Origin: an uncultured Eubacteriales bacterium
Lineage (GTDB): Bacteria; Acidobacteriota; Aminicenantia; Aminicenantales; Aminicenantaceae
Direction: 5' to 3'
Assembly (NCBI GenBank): GCA_964435925.1
Contig: CAYTBG010000001.1
Span: 2,331-66,330, forward strand
Length of the DNA stretch: 64,000 bases
Below the pieces are notes generated by a model. It was not told where the DNA came from. It did no database searches and worked only from the letters and a program-made list of their open reading frames with translations. Positions 36,862-45,526 of this stretch are shown in pieces. Numbering within the stretch: position 1 is the first letter of the stretch; each line of letters begins with the position of its first letter. A program made the translations under genes and the position numbers.

Positions 36862-38214
36862 TTATTTTTCTTTTATGCCTTCTTTTAAAACCGCGGCCAG
36901 TTTATCAATCTCTTCTCTCTTATGCATCTCGGTCACACACACCAGGGCACATTTCTTAAGCTCTGGATAGTATTCACCAAGGTTCAAGCCTCCGACAATT
37001 CTTTTTTTTCTGAGAAAGCCACTGATTTTTTCGAAACCTCCTGAGAATTCAAGTACAAATTCGTTGAAAATATTTCCCTTGAATTTTCTTTTTATCCCTT
37101 TTATCTGGCTAAGTTTTTCCAGGGCATAATTGGCTTTCTGGATATTCTGCCAGGCAAGCTCTTTTAATCCCTCCCGGCCCAATGTTTCCAAGAAGATCGT
37201 AGTCCTCAATGCACACCAGGCCTGGTTGGTGCAGATGTTTGAAGTGGCTCTTTCTCGTCTTATATGCTGTTCTCTCGTGGATAAAGTCAGAACAAATCCT
37301 CTTTTCCCATCTACATCCTTTGTCTGACCTGCAATACGCCCCGGGAACTGGCGAATATATTCCTTGCAACAGGCCATGAATCCCAGATAGGGACCGCCAA
37401 AACTCAAAGGAAGCCCAAAGGACTGCCCTTCCCCTACTACGATATCAGCTCCCAGCTTTCCCGGGGCCTCCAGAATGCCAAGTGATACTGGTTCTGTGAC
37501 CACAACTATGGATAAAGCCTGGACGCTGTGAGCAAGGTCAGATATCTTTTTAAGGTTTTCTATTATCCCCATAAAATTGGGCGACTGAAAGACAACAGCT
37601 GCTGTCTTATCATCCAGCTTTTTTCTTAAATCCTTAAGGTCGAACTCTCCCGTCTCTGAATATTTGATCTCCTCAATCTCAACTCCCAAGTTTTTCACAT
37701 ACGTTTGGATTACTCTTCTGTAATGGGGGTGGAGGGTTTTGGCTATTATAACCTTTGATTTTCCTTTCAAGCGATGGGCCATAAGAACTGCCTCAGCCGC
37801 AGCAGAAGCCCCGTCATAAAGGGAAGCATTGGCGATATCCATTCCCGTCAACTGGCAGATGAGAGTCTGAAACTCAAAAATGACCTGGAGTGTTCCCTGA
37901 CTGACTTCAGGCTGGTAAGGAGTATAGGGGCTTATAAACTCTCCTCTGGAGCTTAAATAATCCACGATGCAGGGAATCACATGGGAGTAAGCTCCTGCTC
38001 CCAAGAATGAAAGATAATGCTGATAGTTGTTTTTCTGTGTTATTTTCTCGAAAAGCTGAATTAGCTCGAGTTCTGTCATAGGAGAAGGAACATTAAGCTC
38101 CCTTTTCAACATTATGTCTTTGGGGATTGTGCTAAAAAGCTCATTAAGGGAAGAGATGCCGATTTTGGCCATCATCTCTTTCCTGTCTTTATCGCTCAGT
38201 GAGATGTAACTCAT
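36862..38214 (-). CDS. gcvPA: glycine dehydrogenase (aminomethyl-transferring) subunit 1
   Basis: FLGAGAYSH...YTPYQPEVSQGTLQ...NASLYDGASA are GcvPA conserved blocks. Confidence 0.9.
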   Translation of the reverse strand: MSYISLSDKDRKEMMAKIGISSLNELFSTIPKDIMLKRELNVPSPMTELELIQLFEKITQKNNYQHYLSFLGAGAYSHVIPCIVDYLSSRGEFISPYTPYQPEVSQGTLQVIFEFQTLICQLTGMDIANASLYDGASAAAEAVLMAHRLKGKSKVIIAKTLHPHYRRVIQTYVKNLGVEIEEIKYSETGEFDLKDLRKKLDDKTAAVVFQSPNFMGIIENLKKISDLAHSVQALSIVVVTEPVSLGILEAPGKLGADIVVGEGQSFGLPLSFGGPYLGFMACCKEYIRQFPGRIAGQTKDVDGKRGFVLTLSTREQHIRRERATSNICTNQAWCALRTTIFLETLGREGLKELAWQNIQKANYALEKLSQIKGIKRKFKGNIFNEFVLEFSGGFEKISGFLRKKRIVGGLNLGEYYPELKKCALVCVTEMHKREEIDKLAAVLKEGIKEK

Positions 38215-38232
38215 AAGCTAAATATTCCCTTT

Positions 38233-38619
38233 TTACTCTTCGATCCCCTCAATGAATTCTTCGTATTCAGAGGCTGTAATCAACTTTTCGAGTTCTGTCT
38301 CATCCTTTATTTTAAGACGAATAAACCAACCTTTGCCCTGAGGGTCTTGATTAACAAGTTCGGGGGAATTATCCAATCCCTTGTTTACCTCTATGACTTC
38401 TCCGGAAACAGGAGAGTAAACATCGGAAACCGCCTTAACGGATTCAATGACTCCCATTGATTGATGAAATTCCAGTTTCTTTCCGACTTCAGGCAACTCG
38501 ACATAGACAACATCTCCCAGCTGCTTTTGAGCAAAATCTGTAATCCCCACAGTCGCCTTATCGCCTTTCACCTGAATCCATTCATGGTCCTTAGTGTAGT
38601 AAAAGTCGTCAGGATACAT
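38233..38619 (-). CDS. gcvH: glycine cleavage system H protein
   Basis: YTKDHEWI...GITDFAQ and the lipoyl-Lys site VIESVKAVSDVYSP. ATG 38619 has AGGAGG 6 nt upstream. The ORF-track extension to 38658 runs into a REP copy. Confidence 0.9.
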   Translation of the reverse strand: MYPDDFYYTKDHEWIQVKGDKATVGITDFAQKQLGDVVYVELPEVGKKLEFHQSMGVIESVKAVSDVYSPVSGEVIEVNKGLDNSPELVNQDPQGKGWFIRLKIKDETELEKLITASEYEEFIEGIEE

Positions 38620-38630
38620 CTTGCGCCTCC

Positions 38631-38964
38631 TGTAATGGCTTGATTCAGCCAAGCCCACCTTTTATGGGTATGGTTTCTCAAACCTGCTTTCTATTCAATC
38701 TTGTACGTGCTTGATTCACAAAGCACACCTTTTACTTCTTTTTGTAGGGGTTTGATTCATCAAACCCACCTTATTTCTTCTTGTAGGGGCTTGATTTATC
38801 AAGCCCACCTTATGTTTTTCTATGTAGGTACTTGATTTATCAAACCTACCTTTATGGGCTTTGTTTCTCAAACCACATTTCATTTCTTCTTGTAAGGGCT
38901 TGATTTATCAAGCCCACCTTATGTTTTTCTATGTAGATAACTTGATTCACCAAGCATACCTTTA
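38631..38964 (+). repeat. array of about 9 REP-like hairpin units filling the gcvT-gcvH spacer
   Basis: Units start at about 38631, 38664 (degenerate), 38701, 38743, 38782, 38823, 38855 (degenerate), 38891 and 38932. The consensus is tgtaggggcttgatttatcaagcccacctt. A higher-order duplication with a period of about 109 bp links 38776-38854 and 38885-38964. Confidence 0.85.
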
Positions 38965-38973
38965 TCGAATGGC

Positions 38974-40068
38974 TCAACTCTCCTCACCTTTTTTGTAAAA
39001 AGGAGTGGGAACCACTCGGGCTTTGATCTTTCTGTCCCTTATTCCAATCTCAAATTCTGTTCCTATCTCTTTATATTCAACGGGAAGATAGGTTAAACCT
39101 ATGCTCTTTTTCAAGTAAGGAGAAAAAGTGCCTGAATTTACCTCAGAGACTTTATTGCCTTCTATGAAAACTGGGTAATGCGGCCGGGCTATTCCCCTCT
39201 CTATGACCTCAAAACCAACTAATCTTCTAATGATTCCCTCTTCCTTCTGCTTTAGGAGAGCTTCCCTCCCTAAAAACTCTCCTTTTTTATATTTCACAAG
39301 CCAGCCCAAACCAGCTTCAAGCACTGTTGTAGTCTCATCTATATCATTTCCATAAAGCATGAGTCTTGCTTCCAGGCGAAGAGTATCTCGAGCGCCCAAC
39401 CCTATAGGAACAACACCCAAGTTTTTTCCTCTTTCTAAAATAACGTCCCAGATCTTTTCCGGCCGGGAAGAAAGAGTGTATACCTCAAAACCATCCTCTC
39501 CTGTATAGCCAGTGCGAGAGACAAGAACTTCCTCTTCCTCTATTTCTCCCCAACTCGATCCGAACAAATTCATCTCCTCTATATTAACATCAATCAAAGG
39601 CTTAAGAATTTCCAAAGCCCTGGGTCCCTGAAGAGCAAGCTGAGTATAGTCATCACTTTTGTTCTCAACCTCTACATCAAAACCTTCTTTATGACTGAGA
39701 ATCCATTCATAATCCTTATTAGAATTAGAACAGTTCACGACCAGCAGGTATTTCTCCTGCTCCAGGCAATAGACCAAAAGGTCATCAACAAAAGTCCCCT
39801 GCGGAGTGGTCAAGCAGGAGTACTGTGCTTTCTCAGGGGTTAGACGAGCAGCATCGTTGGGTGTCAAATACTGAACAAAATCAAGAGCCTGTCTTCCTGA
39901 AATTACAATTTCTCCCATATGACTCACATCAAAAAGTCCTGCCTTCCGGCGGACAGCCAGATGCTCATCAATAACTCCACTATACTCCACCGCCATCTCC
40001 CAGCCGAAAAATTCAATCATCTTGGCGCCAAGCTTTTTATGGGAAGAATTAAGGCGGGTTTTTTTCAA
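38974..40068 (-). CDS. gcvT: glycine cleavage system aminomethyltransferase T
   Basis: HKKLGAKMIEFFGWEMAVEYSG is the typical GcvT N-terminus. TTG start with gaggaaag upstream. Confidence 0.9.
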   Translation of the reverse strand: MKKTRLNSSHKKLGAKMIEFFGWEMAVEYSGVIDEHLAVRRKAGLFDVSHMGEIVISGRQALDFVQYLTPNDAARLTPEKAQYSCLTTPQGTFVDDLLVYCLEQEKYLLVVNCSNSNKDYEWILSHKEGFDVEVENKSDDYTQLALQGPRALEILKPLIDVNIEEMNLFGSSWGEIEEEEVLVSRTGYTGEDGFEVYTLSSRPEKIWDVILERGKNLGVVPIGLGARDTLRLEARLMLYGNDIDETTTVLEAGLGWLVKYKKGEFLGREALLKQKEEGIIRRLVGFEVIERGIARPHYPVFIEGNKVSEVNSGTFSPYLKKSIGLTYLPVEYKEIGTEFEIGIRDRKIKARVVPTPFYKKGEES

Positions 40069-40110
40069 AATCTTTCCTCTGCGAAATTAATTTACTAACA
40101 TATAACTTTT

Positions 40111-40198
40111 CCCGATGCAAGAAAAATCGTCAGAAGTCTTGTCCAAAAACACAAATCTGATATAATTAGAAACCAATCATGCTTGAATTTAAAAATTA
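40111..40198 (+). repeat. left copy of the 88-nt direct repeat (argS promoter plus first 7 codons)
   Basis: 40111-40198 matches 50957-51044 at 87 of 88 positions, with the single mismatch at 40148 a versus 50994 g. Weaker similarity continues for about 13 nt to the left. Confidence 0.9.
40139..40166 (+). promoter_or_regulatory. duplicated sigma70-type promoter (TTGTCC-16-TGaTATAAT) facing the GHKL ATPase gene
   Basis: TTGTCC at 40139-40144 and TATAAT at 40161-40166, with TG 1 nt upstream of the -10. It is identical to the argS promoter copy apart from one spacer base. Confidence 0.55.
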
Positions 40199-40211
40199 CC
40201 TAAATTTGTGA
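40179..40211 (+). pseudogene. argS 5' remnant (MLEFKNY + 3 codons, then stop)
   Basis: atg ctt gaa ttt aaa aat ta is identical to the argS start at 51025. It diverges after 40198 and ends at TGA 40209-40211. Confidence 0.6.
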
Positions 40212-40247
40212 GAGTTTAAATGATATTCTTTGGAACACGAAGAGAAT

Positions 40248-41723
40248 ATGGAAGTTAAAGAAAGGAAAGAATTAGAAGTCGCTGTCGATAAAAGACACAT
40301 TGTCTCTATCGGCGAACGCCTCTATACAGAAAGCGTAGAGCTTCTCAGAGAACTTGTCAACAATGCCTATGATGCTGACGCAACCAAAGTCCACGTAGAG
40401 ATCACTCCTGAAAGAATTGTAGTCAGAGATAATGGCTCAGGCATGGACGAAGAAGGTCTAAAACAATATTTTATCATCGGTTCTGAAGAGAAAGTCATTC
40501 ATTCTCGCTCTCCAAAATTCGGAAGAACTAGAATAGGACAGTTTGGTATCGGAAAATTTGCGTCATTATCTGCTGCTTCCTGTTTTGAGGTTATAACTCA
40601 ACATAAAAATTTTGCAGCGCGAGTCATTTTTGACAAAAAAGCCTGGAAGAAGGCAAAAGACAGGTGGCGTCTTCCGCTAGAAATTCTTGAGCCTGATCAT
40701 CAAAGAGCAAACGGCACAACTGTCATTCTTTCTGAACTTTCTAAATCATTTGCCTTTGAAGAAGTGGAAAAAAAATTAATAGAAGGGGTTCCACTTAAAG
40801 CCCCTGATTTTACAGTGTATTTAAATAATCGCCGGCTTTTACCAAGAAGCCTTGTTGGCCAAAGGATTCCCATCATGGAAGGCTGCAAATACGGGCTTGT
40901 CTCAGGAGAGATTGTCATCACTCCCAGCTCGATGGCTTTGTTAAAAGATTTGGGTATCGATGTAAAAGTAAAGGCAGTTACTATAAAAAGGGAACTCTTC
41001 GGAATGGAAACCTGGGGAAAAGTTGTAGCCAGAGTAAAAGGGGAAATTAACGCAGATTTTCTTCCTATAACCAGCGACCGTTCAAATTTCGTGATTGATT
41101 CAGATGAATATCAAGAATTCCTCAAAATTATGAAAAAGCTTGTAGATATTATCAAAAAAACTTTGGGAAAGGAAGCTGATAGGAGGGAAGACCGAAAAGC
41201 CAGCCGTGTAGTAAAAGAAGCTCTGCAAAGAATTCATAAATCATTAGCCCGAAACCCGGAATTATCACCGTTCGGTCCTATTCCTTACGGTGAAGAAGGA
41301 GGGATAGGAGGAGGTGCTGTGGCTGAAGGGGAAAAGAAAAAAGCTGAAGATGAATCTGAAATTAGACCGCAAAAAAAAGAGGCCAAACAGAAACCAAAAA
41401 CCAAAAGACGACATCATCCTCTGGTGAAAAAAATCACCCCTAATGCCATTGTGCGCAGGATGAGGATGGGAGATAGTAGCGTCTCTGTCTGCCTTGATTT
41501 TTTTGGGGAATCAGGGCCGGAGTGCTTTTCTGAAGGGAATGTTATTTACATCAACCGGGACCATCCTCTCTTCAAGAGAGAGTCAAAGAAAGCTGCTACC
41601 TATACCATGTACTTAGCACGCCTTTTAACACAAGAGATCTCTTTGATGAAAGAGACGCGAAGCCCCCGCCTTGCTTTCAGCCGCCAGAGTAAACTTCTCA
41701 AAGACGCCTTTGTAGAAGAATAA
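40248..41723 (+). CDS. GHKL-superfamily (HATPase_c_3 / MORC-like) ATP-binding protein
   Basis: N box ELVNNAYDADA, G1 box VRDNGSGMD, and G2 box IGQFGIGKFAS. The C-terminal half has a Lys/Glu-rich linker and an unassigned domain. The start is ATG 40248 or TTG 40230. Confidence 0.75.
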   Translation: MEVKERKELEVAVDKRHIVSIGERLYTESVELLRELVNNAYDADATKVHVEITPERIVVRDNGSGMDEEGLKQYFIIGSEEKVIHSRSPKFGRTRIGQFGIGKFASLSAASCFEVITQHKNFAARVIFDKKAWKKAKDRWRLPLEILEPDHQRANGTTVILSELSKSFAFEEVEKKLIEGVPLKAPDFTVYLNNRRLLPRSLVGQRIPIMEGCKYGLVSGEIVITPSSMALLKDLGIDVKVKAVTIKRELFGMETWGKVVARVKGEINADFLPITSDRSNFVIDSDEYQEFLKIMKKLVDIIKKTLGKEADRREDRKASRVVKEALQRIHKSLARNPELSPFGPIPYGEEGGIGGGAVAEGEKKKAEDESEIRPQKKEAKQKPKTKRRHHPLVKKITPNAIVRRMRMGDSSVSVCLDFFGESGPECFSEGNVIYINRDHPLFKRESKKAATYTMYLARLLTQEISLMKETRSPRLAFSRQSKLLKDAFVEE

Positions 41724-41737
41724 AAAGCAAAATAAAG

Positions 41738-42460
41738 CTAAAGCCTAAAAATCGTTGTATTATTTTTCAGCCAATCTTTTCGTTTTTGGTAATCTGGTAT
41801 TACAATAGAAACAAGCTTCCAAAAATCCGAGGAGTGATTTTTGATTTTTAAATGGCACAGCTCATGTACAACTATATAATCGGCGATGGAAACCGGAGCC
41901 ATTGAGATCCGCCAGTTAAACCTTAATGTGCTATCTTTCGAACAGCTTGCCCAACGCTTTTTCTGATCTTTTATTATTATCTTTTTAGGAAACAAATTCA
42001 GCAACTTACTATAGCGGTTAACCCTTTGTTTGATAATCTTTGTTGATTTTTCAAAATACCATTTTATCAAAGTATCTTTGATTATTTCTTTTCTGTCTTC
42101 GGGAGCTAAATTACTATGAACATATATGAATAATCTTCTTCCAGATAACTTCGGGATACTTAGATAATTTTCTTCCTTTATTTTTAACCGATATTTTCTA
42201 CCCAACAACAAAATTTGTTCTCCGCTTACAAGCTCTTTTTCTGGAAAGAGCATAGCCAATCTTTTGAAATGTTCTTGTTTTTCCAGAATCCACAGGGCCT
42301 TTTTTTTTACAATTGTCTTGATTTTTTCCCTGCTGAAATTATTTGGAGCCAACACAATAACCTGGGAAGCAAGAGTTACATTGATAGCCAGAGTTTTTTT
42401 GCGATTTCCCCTTTTAATAGTGTAGTCAATGCGTTTTGTGCCGAAATTAATATAATCCAT
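41738..42460 (-). CDS. DUF45/YgjP-like (M48/WLM-type) zinc metallopeptidase
   Basis: HExxH motif (VVHELCHLKIKNHSSDFW). It starts 1 nt after the hsdR stop. Confidence 0.75.
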   Translation of the reverse strand: MDYINFGTKRIDYTIKRGNRKKTLAINVTLASQVIVLAPNNFSREKIKTIVKKKALWILEKQEHFKRLAMLFPEKELVSGEQILLLGRKYRLKIKEENYLSIPKLSGRRLFIYVHSNLAPEDRKEIIKDTLIKWYFEKSTKIIKQRVNRYSKLLNLFPKKIIIKDQKKRWASCSKDSTLRFNWRISMAPVSIADYIVVHELCHLKIKNHSSDFWKLVSIVIPDYQKRKDWLKNNTTIFRL

Positions 42461-42461
42461 T

Positions 42462-45400
42462 CTAATCCTTAAATCTGGCTCTTGCTAATTCCAAGACTTC
42501 CCTAGTAAATAATTCCAGTTTGCGATCAGGAAAGTTAATTTTTCTCAAACGATTTTTGATATCTCTTCGCATTTCTTTCTGAATATCTTCTTTTTCTACC
42601 CAATCAATAACTCTCTTTCTTTTTATGATTTCAACAATGTCTCGGGTCAAAAGACATCTTTTCTCATCGTCCCCACTAAAAAGTTTATTACTATAGGGTT
42701 CCAATAATCCATAAAAAGCAAATTCATCCAGTGTGAATCCTTTTTCTTTAGCAATAGCTTCTTTTTTCACTTCTTGTTTTCCGAGTTCTACTAGATCTTT
42801 AAGCAATTCCGCCTCATCTTTACGCCTTTGGCTGTCTTCTTCAATAATTGCTTCAAGTTTCTCCTCCAGGGACTCGTAGAAATGCGGATCTTCCCCAACT
42901 TTGGAATGTATCGTTTCACGTATAGCCTGTTCAACATGGCTCGCCTTGGCTCTTGTACTTCCCTTAATATCCAGTTTTTCTTCAAAATCAGGCGCAGTGA
43001 TTTTTATAGGCTCCAAGATTTTTTCAATCCCTGTATCAACGATATGAGCATGTATGAGTTTCTCAACTTTCCGGCTGCAATTCTCAAGACTCAATCTCTC
43101 ATCACGATAAAGATTTCTTGCCCCTTCCCGGACCATCCCCAGAAATTTGAAATCACCAATAAACGGCTCAACACTGGGATCAGGAATGAGCATATCCATG
43201 CTCTTTGCAAATTCCCTGAATAACACTTCAAATCTAGACCTTACATCTTCAGGTTTAAGGATTTCGAGACACTTCTGGAGTATTTCTGCAGGATTGGCCT
43301 TCCGATCAACAGTTTTAAATAATTGCATGGCCTTTTGATGAGCATCCTGGAGGGATGAGATTTCCCTGTGCCAGTCATCCACGCTGAATAAACCGACGAG
43401 GTCTTCACTGTCAAAGATCGCCAAAGCTTTTACCAGCTCCTTTCCAACACCCACATAATCAACGACCAACCCAAAATGTTTCCTTGGATAAGGCCTGTTG
43501 GTCCTGGCAATGGCCTGAAGCAGCGTATGTTCTTTCAATCTCTGGTCAAGATACATAACCTGCTCAATTGGGACATCAAATCCTGTCAGCAATTTATCAC
43601 ATACTATAAGAAACTTAAGAGGATTCGATGGACTGAGAAAAACATCTTTTCCTGTAATCCGGTCTTCTTCCTGGGCTGTGCGGCGGTATTTATTCTTCCA
43701 TTCTTTAGGGTCATCGTTATTAACCGTCATGACAACTGTCGACCAGGAAGGATCGACAAACTTATCCATCGCTTTCTTATACATAACCGCTGTTTTCCGT
43801 CCTGAAGCAACAAGCTGGGCTTTGAGTCCATTGGGCTCAATTTTTTCCACATAATGATTCACGATATCTATTGCAATGCGCTCTATTCTCCGCGGAGCAC
43901 TTAAGATAGCATCTACTGTTGCGTACCGTCTTTTTATTTCAGCCAATTCCTTTGGAGTTTTTTCGGGAAAGAGCTCTTTGAGCAGCCTGTCAATCGAAGC
44001 TCCCACAACCTGAAGATTGGTCAGCCGGCTTTCATATTTAACCGGAACAGTAGCTTCATCCTCCAGTGACTGTCGCATATCATATCTGTCCAGATATTTT
44101 TTGCCTGGAGGACTGAAATGCCGGTAAGTGTTTCTGTCTCTTTTATCAAGCGGAGTTCCGGTAAAAGCAAAGAGACTTGCACTGGGAAACGCTTTTCTTA
44201 GGTTTAGAGCATAAAAGCCATACTGTGTTCTATGCGCCTCGTCTGTCAGAATGATTATGTTTTTAGCCTCGGATAAAGGTTTTGCAAGAGCCTTGCGGAA
44301 TTTTTGAACGGTCGTCATAACTGTAATTCCGATTTCGCTGCTCAACAGGTCGTAGAGTTCTAGATGGGGCATTTTCTCTGCCATAATCGGATTGGGGAAA
44401 TTGCAATTCCTGAAGGTTTCAGTAATCTGTCTGTTCAATTTCTTCCTGTCCGTAACAATAAGGATTATGGGATTCTTTAATTTTTCCTGCTCTCGCCTCA
44501 ATTTCACAACGGCAAAAAGCATGATCAGTGACTTGCCCGAACCCTGCCAGTGCCAGATAATTCCTCTTTTATCAGGTTCGCTTTTCACAGTTCTAACTAT
44601 TTTATTAACTGCGGAAAACTGCTGATAGCGGCAGACTTTTTTGACGATTCTATGCTCTTCTTTGCTGTAGTCAAAAACTATAAAATTCTGAATAATATCC
44701 AATAAATTTGGCTTTCTCAAAAGCCCTGCAATCAAGACCTCCTGCATCGGAGGATGGCCGCTGATATCTTTTTCATCAATCAACCCCAGCTTTAGCATTT
44801 CTTTAACTGAGGGATGTTCAGCCATGTTGGGAAACTTGCCATCACCCGGATCCTTCCATTCATGATATTGCTCTTCTGACACATCAATGCAACCGTATTT
44901 GGCTCCGAAGAGATTGCAGCCGATAAGAATCTCGTTAGTCCAAAAAAGCTGGGTGATTTCTTCCTGATAGCGGATAAGCTGCCTCTGCGCTTTTAGAACA
45001 CCGGTTTTTTTTGCGACCGGGCTTTTGCATTCGATGACGACAACAGGAAGGCCGTTAATAAAAATAACAATATCCGGACAATCTGTGGTTCTATGCTTTC
45101 TGACCCAGAATTGATTAACCGCTAAGAACTCGTTGTTCTCGATGTTTTCAAAATCTATAAAATTGACAGTTTGTTTTTGCCGTCTGGCACCGATGTCCTG
45201 ATCAATGGAAATACCGGAAATAAGGTAACTGTGAAAAATGCGGTTGGTCTCAAGCGTGCCTTCAGATTGAATATGTGTGACTCTCCTGACCGCTTTTGTT
45301 ATAGAATCCTCGGTAAGATGAGGATTAATTTTGGCCAACGACTTTTTGAGGCGTTCCTCTAAAATGACATCTCTTCGGGATTTTCGTTCGCAATCTTCTT

Positions 45401-45512
45401 TAAGATCAGGGTCTAGCTGGTCTCCATGTATATATTTATATCCAAGCCGCTTTAGCTGCTCGATGGCAGGCTTTTCTGATAAAGTATCTTCGTTAAATTT
45501 TTTTCCTGACAT
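42462..45512 (-). CDS. hsdR: type I restriction enzyme R subunit
   Basis: 1016 aa. Typical N-terminus (EKPAIEQLKRLGY), Walker A WQGSGKSL, DEAH box LTDEAHRTQ, and helicase C-terminal motifs (QAIARTNR). Confidence 0.9.
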   Translation of the reverse strand: MSGKKFNEDTLSEKPAIEQLKRLGYKYIHGDQLDPDLKEDCERKSRRDVILEERLKKSLAKINPHLTEDSITKAVRRVTHIQSEGTLETNRIFHSYLISGISIDQDIGARRQKQTVNFIDFENIENNEFLAVNQFWVRKHRTTDCPDIVIFINGLPVVVIECKSPVAKKTGVLKAQRQLIRYQEEITQLFWTNEILIGCNLFGAKYGCIDVSEEQYHEWKDPGDGKFPNMAEHPSVKEMLKLGLIDEKDISGHPPMQEVLIAGLLRKPNLLDIIQNFIVFDYSKEEHRIVKKVCRYQQFSAVNKIVRTVKSEPDKRGIIWHWQGSGKSLIMLFAVVKLRREQEKLKNPIILIVTDRKKLNRQITETFRNCNFPNPIMAEKMPHLELYDLLSSEIGITVMTTVQKFRKALAKPLSEAKNIIILTDEAHRTQYGFYALNLRKAFPSASLFAFTGTPLDKRDRNTYRHFSPPGKKYLDRYDMRQSLEDEATVPVKYESRLTNLQVVGASIDRLLKELFPEKTPKELAEIKRRYATVDAILSAPRRIERIAIDIVNHYVEKIEPNGLKAQLVASGRKTAVMYKKAMDKFVDPSWSTVVMTVNNDDPKEWKNKYRRTAQEEDRITGKDVFLSPSNPLKFLIVCDKLLTGFDVPIEQVMYLDQRLKEHTLLQAIARTNRPYPRKHFGLVVDYVGVGKELVKALAIFDSEDLVGLFSVDDWHREISSLQDAHQKAMQLFKTVDRKANPAEILQKCLEILKPEDVRSRFEVLFREFAKSMDMLIPDPSVEPFIGDFKFLGMVREGARNLYRDERLSLENCSRKVEKLIHAHIVDTGIEKILEPIKITAPDFEEKLDIKGSTRAKASHVEQAIRETIHSKVGEDPHFYESLEEKLEAIIEEDSQRRKDEAELLKDLVELGKQEVKKEAIAKEKGFTLDEFAFYGLLEPYSNKLFSGDDEKRCLLTRDIVEIIKRKRVIDWVEKEDIQKEMRRDIKNRLRKINFPDRKLELFTREVLELARARFKD

Positions 45513-45526
45513 TCAACCAGGCCCCT

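Noticed and set aside
38631-38964. Possible CRISPR array: regularly spaced repeats of about 30 nt.
   Set aside because: The 'spacers' are only about 8-12 nt and are themselves repeated. The repeats are degenerate hairpins identical to dispersed copies at 3316-3476 and 52994-53096. No cas genes or leader are present. It is better explained as a REP/BIME-like array.
40069-40180. Glycine riboswitch upstream of gcvT (minus strand).
   Set aside because: Reading the reverse complement, I could not find the conserved GGAGAG...CACCG/aptamer cores. The segment is AT-rich and mostly belongs to the duplicated gcvT/argS intergenic repeat. A covariance-model scan is needed for certainty.
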